Of a DNA stretch of 64,000 nt, positions 1-8,741 are shown piece after piece. The stretch spans positions 1,397,990-1,461,989 of the forward strand of contig CAWAND010000010.1 in the NCBI GenBank assembly GCA_963783335.1, read 5' to 3'. The position numbers and the translations under genes were made by a program. The stretch's first letter is position 1. Each line of letters opens with the position of its first letter. This DNA comes from an uncultured Chloroflexia bacterium. GTDB taxonomy: Bacteria > Chloroflexota > Anaerolineae > Anaerolineales > E44-bin32. The notes beneath the pieces were generated by a model. That model was not told the DNA's origin and ran no database searches. It worked only from the letters and a program-made list of their open reading frames with translations.

Positions 1-647
1 GCAAAGATGGTGTCAAGCTGACCGGTGTCGACGTCCAGCTGCAGCCCATCGTTGTACTTGAAGTTGCCGGGGAAATTGCCGAAGGCCCTGGTGTTCATCA
101 TCAGACGGTGCGTGCCCGGAATGAAGGCGATTTGAGAGACATCGTTGTGGTCGAAATTCTGCAGCGGGTAGAGCCCATCCCACTGCTGAGGCGTCATCAG
201 GGCGCGGTCGCCGGTCCCATCCCGATTGATCACCCGAACCTCGGAGGGCACGTTCTGGTTGGCGGGCCGTCTCAGGTAGACGATGCGTTCGCCATCGCTG
301 GAGATCAAGACCTTGTACGAGTTGCCGCTGGATGTCAGTTGGACGGGAGCCGCGTCGCCGTCGACGAGCCACACGTTCCCAGCGTCCGTGTAGACGATGC
401 GCAGCACAGGAGACGGCCCCAGCGGCGGCTGAGGTGCCGGCTCGGTGGCGGTGGCAGCCGCTTGAGTTGGCTCGGACGGGGGCTGAGTGGGGGTCGGTTG
501 GGCCGGGGCCAAGGCAGTGAGCGTCGCGGCCACGCCGGTGGCAAGGGCGTGTGACTGTGCTTCTGGTGTTGACGTGGAGCTGGGCAGTGCGCAGGCCAAA
601 CTCGCCACCAAAAGGACGATCGGTGCAAACCAAATCTTTGAGTTCAT
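1..647 (-). CDS. Secreted PD40/TolB-like beta-propeller protein, 5' part only (runs off left edge)
   Basis: Absent from ORF track because there is no stop inside the window. ATG at 647..645 with GAGGAAG just upstream. Translation gives MNSKIWFAPIVLLVASLACALPSS (signal peptide), a P/T/A-rich linker, then VLRIVYTDAGNVWLVDGD..LISSDGERIVYL..VINRDGTGDRAL blade-like repeats. Tracked ORFs 13..633(-) and 108..554(+) are R/P/G-rich shadow frames. Confidence 0.65.
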   Translation of the reverse strand, partial: MNSKIWFAPIVLLVASLACALPSSTSTPEAQSHALATGVAATLTALAPAQPTPTQPPSEPTQAAATATEPAPQPPLGPSPVLRIVYTDAGNVWLVDGDAAPVQLTSSGNSYKVLISSDGERIVYLRRPANQNVPSEVRVINRDGTGDRALMTPQQWDGLYPLQNFDHNDVSQIAFIPGTHRLMMNTRAFGNFPGNFKYNDGLQLDVDTGQLDTIF

Positions 648-797
648 AACTTCCTCTTTGTGAAAACTGTCACAAATGACCTCGGGCGGACAACCCGGGC
701 ATTGTACAAGACCTTGGTCGGGCCGGAAACTGGGCCAGCTTGAGAGGAAGTGTGAGTATGGCTTGCCTTGGCCCCTTCTTAGAAGCCGGTCACGCGC

Positions 798-1645
798 CTA
801 ATCGTAGGTGTAGAAGCCGCGGCCCGATTTGCGGCCCAGATAGCCGGCGTCTACCATCTTGCGCAGGAGCGGTGCCGGCCGGTACTTATCTTCGCCGAGG
901 TCCCGCTGCAGGACTTCCATGACATACAGCACCACATCCAGACCAACCAGGTCACACAGGGTCAGCGGACCCATCGGGTGGTTCATGCCCAGCTTCATCA
1001 CCGTGTCGATGGCCTCAGGCGTGCCAACTCCCTCCTGGAGCGCGAAAACGGCTTCGTTGATCATCGGACACAAGATGCGGTTGGATATGAAGCCAGGTGA
1101 ATCGGCGGCTTCAACGGGCTCCTTGCCCATCCGCCTCCCGACTTCGATGGCAAGCTTGGTGGTCTCATCCGACGTGGCCAGACCTCGCACCACTTCCAGC
1201 AGACGCATCAAGGGTACGGGGTTAAGAAGTGCATGCCCACCACGCGGTCCGGCCGCTTGGTGGCGGCGCCGATCCGGGTCAGCGAAATGGAAGATGTATT
1301 GGAAGCCAGGACGGCCTTTTCGGGTGCCAGGCTGTCCAGCTGAGTGAAAAGTTCGAGTTTCAGTTTCGGGTTTTCGGTGGCGGCCTCCACCACCAGATCG
1401 GCCTCACGCGCCGCTTCCATGTCGAGGGCTGTGGCGATGCTCAGGGCGGCCGCCTTCTGCTCTTCGTCGATCTTTCCCTTTTCGGCAAGCCGTGCCACGG
1501 ATTTGGCGATGGTCTCCTGGCCGCGGGCGACGGCGTCGGAGTCCACATCGGTCATGGTGACTTCGTAGCCGGAAACGGCGGCCGTCTGGGCGATGCCGTT
1601 GCCCATCGTGCCGGCACCAACTACGACGATCTTCCTGATGTCCAT
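798..1645 (-). pseudogene. hbd: 3-hydroxybutyryl-CoA dehydrogenase split into ORFs 1208..1645 and 798..1211 by an apparent 1-nt deletion near 1224-1229
   Basis: N-part is MDIRKIVVVGAGTMGNGIAQ (Rossmann GxGxxG)..[13 protein letters not shown]-part is (L)[41 protein letters not shown]. Coding strand reads CAC TTC TTA ACC CCG TAC CCT TGA. Moving one base gives AAC CCC GTA CCC TTG ATG CGT = NPVPLMR, the conserved HFFNPVPxMxLVE block. Confidence 0.85.
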
Positions 1646-1690
1646 TTGAAGCGGCTCCTCGTTGAATGGTGAAGTGTGCGGGTGAGGGGT

Positions 1691-2899
1691 CTATTCGATC
1701 TCTACGGCCAGGGCCACGGCTTCTCCGCCGCCCAAGCACAGGGTTGCCAGGCCGCGTTGGGCGCCGCGTCGACGCATGGCGAACAGCAGAGTGGTGAGGA
1801 TCCTGGCACCGGTTGCCCCCAGGGGGTGACCCAACGCAATGGCGCCACCGTGAACGTTCACCTTTTCCCAATCCCAGCCCTGGTCGGCCAAGGCATAGCC
1901 GTTGGCCAACGCCTGGGCGGCGAAGGCTTCGTTCAGCTCAATGAGGTCCACGTCTTCAAGCGTCCAACCCACTTTCTCGAGAAGTAGAGGGATTGCCAGT
2001 GCCGGAGCCGTGAACATCTCTTTGGGCGGAACAGCGGCCTGAGCGTAGCCGACAATACGCGCCATCGGAGCGAGGCCGCGGCCTTTGGCCCATGCCCGGC
2101 TGGAGAGAACCAAAGCGGCTGCGCCGTCGTTGAGGCCAGGGGCGTTGGCCGCTGTGACGCGACCGTCCTGTTTGAAGGCCGGTTTTAGTGCGGCAATCTT
2201 CTCCAATGAAGTGTCTCGCCGTGGTCCCTCGTCCTCGGCAAATGTATGTGTCCCGTCCTTTGCGATAGGCACATCCAGGGGGAGGATCTCGTCTTCGAAG
2301 GCCCCCGAGTCGATGGCCTGGAGGGCGCGCTGGTGGCTCTGCAGCGCGAGCCGGTCCATCGCTTCACGCGTGACTTCGAATTCGTCGGCGATCCACTCTG
2401 CGGCCATGCCCATCGACCAATTCTCGAACGGATCCCACAATCCATCGTGAAGCAAAGCATCCCGAAGCTGCTGGTCGCCGTATTTCAGGCCGCGCCGGCC
2501 GCTGACGAGGTGTGGGGTGTTGCTCATGCTCTCCATACCCCCGGCGACGAGCAGCTTCGCGTCGCCAGCCTTGATCGCCTGTGCCCCGATCATGCAAGCC
2601 TTGAGTCCCGAACCGCAAACCTTGTTGAGAGTCGTGGCGCCCACGCTGGTTGGAAGGCCAGCGCCAATGGCCGCCTGCCGGGCGGGGGCTTGGCCCAACC
2701 CGGCAGAGACAACGTTGCCCATGAGCACCTCATCGATCTCGTTGGGGGTGTCAATGCGAGCCCTGCGTACGGCTTCGCGCACCACCTCCGCGCCGAGATC
2801 GGTGGCCGACAGGCCAGATAGGCTCCCCTGAAACCGGCCGATGGGGGTTCGTACGGCGCTGAGAATGACGGGTTGGTTTTCGTCGACGGTGGAGGTCAT
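1691..2899 (-). CDS. Acetyl-CoA acetyltransferase (thiolase II)
   Basis: ORF 1691..2911. Motifs: VCGSGLKA (nucleophilic Cys), NVHGGAIALGHPLGATG, CLGGGEAVALAVE. ATG at 2899 (MTSTVDENQPVILSAVRTPIGRF) preferred over TTG at 2911. Same strand and directly upstream of hbd. Confidence 0.9.
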   Translation of the reverse strand: MTSTVDENQPVILSAVRTPIGRFQGSLSGLSATDLGAEVVREAVRRARIDTPNEIDEVLMGNVVSAGLGQAPARQAAIGAGLPTSVGATTLNKVCGSGLKACMIGAQAIKAGDAKLLVAGGMESMSNTPHLVSGRRGLKYGDQQLRDALLHDGLWDPFENWSMGMAAEWIADEFEVTREAMDRLALQSHQRALQAIDSGAFEDEILPLDVPIAKDGTHTFAEDEGPRRDTSLEKIAALKPAFKQDGRVTAANAPGLNDGAAALVLSSRAWAKGRGLAPMARIVGYAQAAVPPKEMFTAPALAIPLLLEKVGWTLEDVDLIELNEAFAAQALANGYALADQGWDWEKVNVHGGAIALGHPLGATGARILTTLLFAMRRRGAQRGLATLCLGGGEAVALAVEIE

Positions 2900-2953
2900 A
2901 GTTACTCTCAATGCCGCGGCTCAAATCCCAGGTGCTGGTGGGTTGTCCTGCGG

Positions 2954-3433
2954 TCAACCCCAACCCTGGCTGAGCCGGGAATAGGTCTCCTCGAGCAACT
3001 CGGGGAGCACACGTGTGTCCGATGTGGTCGACATGAAGTTCGTATCCCCGTTCCAGCGGGGGACGATGTGGACATGGACATGGTCTATGATCCCTGCGCC
3101 TGCGGCCTGGCCGATGTTAATTCCCAGGTTGAAGTCTTGGGTCTCATAGGTTTGGCGGATCTTTGCCAGGGCAAGATTGGAAAGCTGCATCAACTCAGCG
3201 AGCGTCCCATCGTCGAGCCGTTCAATGGACGGTTCGTGGGCGTTGGGAACAACCATGACGTGCCCGCTGGTGTACGGGTAGCGGTTAAGGATGATAAATG
3301 CCTTCTTGCCACGGTGGAGGATGAGGTTGCCGGGCCCGTCGGGTTGGCTCAAAGCTCTGCAGAACACGCAGACGTCACTCTTGGAGTCGTCCTCGATATA
3401 GGCCATTCGCCAGGGCGCCCAGACATGGTTCAT
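2954..3433 (-). CDS. HIT-family nucleotide hydrolase/transferase
   Basis: 159 aa with histidine triad HVHVHIVPRW and the N-terminal WAPWRMAYI typical of the GalT-like/Ap4A-phosphorylase HIT branch. Confidence 0.8.
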   Translation of the reverse strand: MNHVWAPWRMAYIEDDSKSDVCVFCRALSQPDGPGNLILHRGKKAFIILNRYPYTSGHVMVVPNAHEPSIERLDDGTLAELMQLSNLALAKIRQTYETQDFNLGINIGQAAGAGIIDHVHVHIVPRWNGDTNFMSTTSDTRVLPELLEETYSRLSQGWG

Positions 3434-3511
3434 GATCGGTTCCCCGATTCTAACATAACACGCTCATTCGACCTCATGGCACGCGGATTGCACCCAAGCT
3501 ACAATGCGATC

Positions 3512-4297
3512 ATGTTGACGGTTGAGAGATTACGTGCCGGGTTGCCCGTCGACGGGCTCGGGGAGCCGTTGTATTTCTTCAGCACTATCGGCTCTACGAG
3601 CCAATACGCGCGTGAACTGGCCGAGCAAGGGGCACCTCACGGCACGCTGGTGGTGGCCGATGAGCAGACGGCCGGGCGCGGCCGGGGGGAAAACCAATGG
3701 TCAACCCCACCTGAAAGCGCCATCGCCTTCAGTTTGGTCCTGCGGCCGGATGCGCTTGCCCCGGATCAGCTTGGTGGGATGAACGCCATCGGCGCCTTGG
3801 CCGTAGTGGAGGCCATACAGGGCCTGGGCGGCGAGGCCGAGATCAAGTGGCCCAATGATGTCTTGGTCCATGGGGCCAAAGTGGCGGGTGTACTGACCGA
3901 AGCGACCTGGCGCGGCAACGTACTTGAGTGCGTCTTGGTCGGTGTGGGTGTGAATGTCCACCCTGGATCGGTTCCCGATTCAGATACCATTGCCTTTCCG
4001 GCGACCTGTCTGGATGCTGAGCTCCATGCCAGGACCGATCGCCATCAATTTTTGATGGCGATCCTGGAGAATCTGGCCGAGACGGTAAGGGATCTGGGTT
4101 CCCCTGCACTGGTGCAGGCTTGGCATGACCATCTGGCATTTAAGGGTAAAGTCGTGAGAGTTGAGATTCCGTCAGGCGCTGTTGAAGGCCAGTTGGTGGG
4201 GCTCACGCCAGGCGGCTTTGTGAAGCTGGATATCGCGGGCTCTGGCCTGACCGAAATCGGCGGAGAAGGCGCCTCGCTGCGGCCGATTGACAGCTAG
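3512..4297 (+). CDS. birA: Biotin--[acetyl-CoA-carboxylase] ligase (no N-terminal HTH)
   Basis: C-terminal 262 aa of tracked ORF 2873..4297. Motifs GRGRGENQW (biotin loop), KWPNDV, GVGVNV. The first 213 codons of the tracked ORF are antisense to the HIT gene. In-frame ATGs at 3476 and 3512, start uncertain. Confidence 0.8.
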   Translation: MLTVERLRAGLPVDGLGEPLYFFSTIGSTSQYARELAEQGAPHGTLVVADEQTAGRGRGENQWSTPPESAIAFSLVLRPDALAPDQLGGMNAIGALAVVEAIQGLGGEAEIKWPNDVLVHGAKVAGVLTEATWRGNVLECVLVGVGVNVHPGSVPDSDTIAFPATCLDAELHARTDRHQFLMAILENLAETVRDLGSPALVQAWHDHLAFKGKVVRVEIPSGAVEGQLVGLTPGGFVKLDIAGSGLTEIGGEGASLRPIDS

Positions 4298-4354
4298 AGC
4301 GACTGGTTTAGACTGGTACGAAGTGGCGCACCCCTGAGAGGGGAGGAGCTCAAA

Positions 4355-4564
4355 ATGTATGATGATCTGCGGAACCTGACCGACCAGGAGGAATCTCCCT
4401 ACGAGGAGAAATCGATCGATTCGTACAACGAACCCACGCTCCAGAAGCGGATGTTTGGCATGACGGCCGGGCAGCGGTTGCTCCTGTCGGTGCTTTTGTT
4501 GGCGGCCGTGATCGTGATGGGCCTGATGGTCCTTCTGGTGACCCAGAAGATCTGGCCCTACTGA
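4355..4564 (+). CDS. Small single-pass membrane protein, unknown function
   Basis: 69 aa. GGGGAGGAG Shine-Dalgarno ending 7 nt before the ATG. Acidic N-terminus then one TM helix LLLSVLLLAAVIVMGLMVLLV. Confidence 0.55.
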   Translation: MYDDLRNLTDQEESPYEEKSIDSYNEPTLQKRMFGMTAGQRLLLSVLLLAAVIVMGLMVLLVTQKIWPY

Positions 4565-4649
4565 AGGTTAGGGGCTTGACCGAATCGATCAAGTCATCGA
4601 CGGCGGCGGGTGGGCATCGTCCTGGCCACTGCCATGGATTGCTCCCGCT

Positions 4650-5942
4650 TCATGATTCCTGGCGGGAGTTTTGCGTTTCGGCGACGAGAACTTCGTCAGG
4701 AATGGATAGGAAAACTTGCACGACCTTGGGGTCAAACTGAGTGCCGCTGTTGTCGCGAATAATCTGCCGGGCGGTTTCCAGAGGTTGGCCCTTGCGATAG
4801 GGACGATCTGATGTGATTGCATCAAACGTATCGGCCACGGCGAAAATTCGTGCACCGATTGGGATCTCCTCTCCGGCAAGACCCTCAGGATAGCCGGTGC
4901 CGTCATAGCGTTCCTGGTGCGCGTAGATCACGTCGAGGGGGCGTTTGAGAAACGGTATCCCAGCAAGCATACGCCGACCGAATTCCGGATGCTTGCGCAT
5001 AATCTCCCACTCATCATCGTCAAGGGGCCCTGGTTTGCGCAGTATCGCATCTGGAATGCCTATCTTTCCGATGTCGTGCAGCAGGGCTCCGCGCTGCAGG
5101 TTGTTGAGATCATCTTCGGGGTAGGCCATCTCGGCGGCGATGAGCAGGGCAATGCGCACCACACGCTGAGAATGCCCTTCGGTCTCCCGGTCCCGAGTGT
5201 CCAGCGCGGCGACCAGAGCATCGAGGGTCTGGTCGTACGCCTCCGCCAGTGCGTTGAACAAGCGTGCATTCTCAATCGCCACCGCGGCCTGATGGGCAAA
5301 CAACGTCAAGAGCGTGCGATCTTCTTCGTTGAACAAGCCCTCCTGGAGACGACTGTCGGCATACAAGACGCCGATCAGGCGATCCTTGGCCTTGAGAGGC
5401 ACGCACAGAATTGACCGCAGGCTGTAGGCGATGATGCTCTCCTGGGCGGAGAAGCGTGGGTCATCCAGGGCGTTGGTCGTCAAGATGGGTGTGGCGTGAG
5501 CCACCACCCAATCGACCACAGTGCGACTGACGTGAATCTCTTGGGCCTTGAGAGAGGCGCGCTCCCAGTTGCGGGCCACGCGTGTCTGTAACTCACCTGT
5601 CTCGTCCTTCAGCATCAGGAATCCGCGATCTGCCCCCGTCAGTCGGATGATTGTGTCCATTACCTCGCGCAGCACCGTTTGTAGATCGAGTGAGGAGTTG
5701 ACCATCCGGCTTATCTCAGCCAGGGCCAGCAGGTTGCCTCGCTGCTGCTCGGACTTGGCGACCTCAGACTGGATCCCCCTGAGCAGATGCGACATTTGGG
5801 TCAAGGATGTGAGAAGGTGCTGCGGCGCCTCTGCTCCTTGCGTGCGGGCAAAGGCCTCCAGCTCGGCCCGAAGCGCTTCGGCCTGCAAGCTGAGCCGTTC
5901 CAGATGCTGATCGGGGGTGGGGCGGATGGTGAGATCGCTCAT
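4650..5942 (-). CDS. GAF domain / HD-GYP domain protein (putative c-di-GMP phosphodiesterase)
   Basis: 430 aa. N-terminal coiled coil, GAF-like middle, then HD..LLHDIGKIGIPDAIL..HQERYDGTGYPEGL (HD-GYP signature). Confidence 0.8.
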   Translation of the reverse strand: MSDLTIRPTPDQHLERLSLQAEALRAELEAFARTQGAEAPQHLLTSLTQMSHLLRGIQSEVAKSEQQRGNLLALAEISRMVNSSLDLQTVLREVMDTIIRLTGADRGFLMLKDETGELQTRVARNWERASLKAQEIHVSRTVVDWVVAHATPILTTNALDDPRFSAQESIIAYSLRSILCVPLKAKDRLIGVLYADSRLQEGLFNEEDRTLLTLFAHQAAVAIENARLFNALAEAYDQTLDALVAALDTRDRETEGHSQRVVRIALLIAAEMAYPEDDLNNLQRGALLHDIGKIGIPDAILRKPGPLDDDEWEIMRKHPEFGRRMLAGIPFLKRPLDVIYAHQERYDGTGYPEGLAGEEIPIGARIFAVADTFDAITSDRPYRKGQPLETARQIIRDNSGTQFDPKVVQVFLSIPDEVLVAETQNSRQES

Positions 5943-5985
5943 GCTCTCACCTGAGGGTCTCCATCTTTGACCACCATTGTGCCAC

Positions 5986-8485
5986 TTATGGGCTCAGCGA
6001 AAGGTGGTCCGGTGCGGCTGATTCCACGGCCGACTTGGACCATGCGAAAGGCAGATACTTGATCTGCCGCCAGGCGTCCGTCTGATCGATGTAGTGAGGA
6101 CTGAAGGCATGGCCAGATTCGCCCGTGGTATGGATCCACAAGGCGTTGTCCCAGTTGGACAAGTCGTTAATGATGCGCATCGAAGGCAGGGAGGACACGT
6201 CGAATCCCTTGTCCACTTTCCAGGCCGTTGCGTTGACGATGGACGTGCCGCCGTTGACGGCGTACGGGCCCCGAATTCAATAACAACTCGATGGGGCCGA
6301 CCCCCGACTCGCCCAAACTCTGGTTTCTGAAGGTGGCGGTGTGAAGCTCGCCCCAGGTCCATCTTGAAGGATCTGATCCCATGATGGTTCTTCCTTGGTC
6401 GATGGCCTGCGAGAAAGCTGAGCGCAGGATGTCATCTCGCGTTTCGACGGGGTCGGTTGTGTGATCATCCCACCACGGACTGTTCGGCGCGGAAAGCAAC
6501 GTAGTGAAGACAGCGAAGGCGCGTGATCCGTCGGGGAGCGGGCCGTCGGGCAGCTCATCCGAAAAGGTTGAGAGAATCAATTGGCGCCAGAACAGATTGA
6601 ACACCGCCGCCTGGCTTGAGCCGAGTGTGTCCTGCTGGTCCCAATTCTTGAGGTTGTCCAATGCCCGACTGATGACCGGATCGTCAAAATGCAGCTTTGA
6701 CAAATAGGGAACAGCTATCGCCGCCCCAGGATCGAGATCGTCACCCTGGATGGCTTGAATGTCTTGCAGGGAGAGCTTGGGCTTGGCCTCAATCATCTGG
6801 ACGATGCGGGCGGCGCGGTATCCATAGTCCCAATCCCGGCTGATGAAATCAGGATATTGGCTGCCGACAACGGCATTGTTTGCGGTCGCGATGTAATCGT
6901 CACTTGGGTTGAAAGCCGACGGCAGTTGGTCGAAGGGGATCATGCCCGTCCAGTCGTAGTCCGTCGTCCAGCCTGGTGAGGGGAGCCAACCATCGCCGGC
7001 TGCGCGGATGGGCACTTTGCCCGGCATCTGGTAGCCGATGTTGCCTTGGGTGTCGGCGTAAACGAAGTTCTGGGAAGGAACGGCGAAATCTCTAAGGGCG
7101 TTGCGGAAGTCATCCCAATTCGAGGCGCGATCGTATTCCAGCACCGCCGCGAACACTCTAGAAGGCTGGAGCGCTGTCCATTGAAGCGATAAGGCGTAAG
7201 GTTCCGGCAGGTCAATTCCGGCATTGTCGGTGAAGTTCTCCAACTTGGCATAGGTGGTGCTCACAATCGGGCCGTGACGTGTGTAGCGGACCGTGAGGTC
7301 AACATCCTTTCCGCCTGCCACACGAACTGTCTCATGCACGATCTTCATATCCTGCCACTGCCCGTTGAATTCGTATTGGTCCGGATTGTCCGGATTGATC
7401 TTTTCAATGAAGAGATCCTGAACATCCGGGCCGACATTGGTCAGTCCCCAGGCGATATGATCGTTGTGCCCGATGATCACTCCGGGCGCACCGGCGAATG
7501 AGAATCCTCCAACTTCGTAGCGGCAGCTGGGGCTGAGGGTAAGGCAGTGTAGGCCGATTTGGTACCAGATCGAAGGCATCTGAATACCGAGATGGGGGTC
7601 GTTGGCCAGGATGGGCTGCCCCGATTGTGTTCGCTGACCGCCAACTACCCAGTTGTTTGATCCAATCCCGGGAAGGCCACCTCCCAGGAGCGTGTTGAGG
7701 CGGGATACCTTGCCGGAGAGAGACCTTAGAGCTGGTTCGGATTGCAGGATAGCGCTCATGCTTGCGCTTGGGATTTGAGCGCCGGCTGGCCCATAGTCCT
7801 TGACGATGACGGGGTGGTTGGGAGGGTAGGCCGGGTAAAGCTGGTTCAATTGCGCGGGCGAAAGGGTCTTCAAGAGCTGGGCCCGCTCGATCTCACCGTC
7901 CATGTTCCCGCCCAGGTCCCAGGCCATAGCCTTGGCCCAAGTCAAGGTGTTAATGGGGGCCCACGGGGCCGGTTGGTAGCTGGGGCTGAGCAGCTTCAAG
8001 ATCCCGTACTCGACCGAGAGCGCGGTGCCCGTGTGATCGGCCAGATAGGCGTTCACGCCGTCGGCATACGCCTGAAGTATCGTCAGCGTGTCAGGGTCCA
8101 TCTGCTCCAATTCTTGCTGTGCCACACGTTCCCACCCCATGGTCCGGATGAACTTGTCGGTGTCGACTTGCGAAGCGCCGAACATTTCGGCCAGGCGGCC
8201 GGCACCGACGTGGCGCCAGAAATCCATCTGCCAAAAGCGATCTTGGGCCGTGACGTAGCCTTGTGCCATGAAGAGATCGTGTTCGTCGGAGGCGTAGATG
8301 TTGGGAATGCCGGATGCGTCGCGGTAGACATCGACCTGTTCATGCAAGCCCGGCACGGTCAGGTTTCCCTGCACGATGGGCATCGACCGCTGGACGGCCA
8401 TCCATCCAAGCCCTCCCAAAATGATCGCCAAGATGACGATGACCGACAGCCCACCAAGCAGCCAACGACGTGTTCGTTCAGGCAT
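5986..8485 (-). pseudogene. Penicillin/AHL acylase (Ntn hydrolase) family, broken by a frameshift at 6271-6279
   Basis: ORF 6167..8557 carries a TM/signal segment (MPERTRRWLLGGLSVIVILAIILGG from ATG 8485, GGAGG 5 nt upstream) and the beta-chain nucleophile GSNNWVVGG. Its tail degenerates (SGPVRRQRRHVHRQ). ORF 5986..6216 encodes the family C-terminus (FDVSSLPSMRIINDLSNWD..TGESGHAFSPHY). Coding strand is TTG AAT TCG GGG. Removing one T gives LN RGPYAVNGGTSIVNATAWKVDKGF. Confidence 0.85.
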
Positions 8486-8741
8486 CAAAGCCTCCAAATC
8501 TTGGGGAAGAGTACGAGTTCTAGCATCAGGACGGCGGCTTGTCAATTCGGAGGGCAAGTCCAGCCGTTTTGAGGCCGAAAATTCGGCCTCGTGCCGGTTG
8601 TCGAAAATAGAACAAATGGGCTGAAATAGGCTTGTTCAAAGGGCGAAATCGGGCCCGCCGCGGTATAATTAGGAGGTTAAGAATCTGGCCCCCCGACCGG
8701 GGCAAATTTGGTCCCGAAATCACCCGAAAGAACAGGCATTC

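Noticed and set aside
13-633. Tracked ORFs 13..633(-) and 108..554(+) at the left edge
   Set aside because: Both translate to Arg/Pro/Gly-rich low-complexity strings. A third frame on the minus strand, open to the window edge, gives a signal peptide and PD40-like repeats with a good SD.
2873-3511. N-terminal 213 codons of the 474-aa ORF 2873..4297. Similar long N-extensions occur in ORFs 32680.., 33669.., 40931.., 57975.., 14067.., 40289.. and 53617..
   Set aside because: Each extension is antisense to, or overlaps, a better-supported neighbouring gene and lacks family motifs. Internal ATG/GTG starts with SD sequences or ATGA overlaps give normal-length proteins.
8569-8588. Hairpin GAGGCCG-AAAATT-CGGCCTC between the acylase start and gyrA
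   Set aside because: It lies upstream of both divergent genes, so it terminates nothing, and it has no U-tract. Function is undeterminable from sequence.
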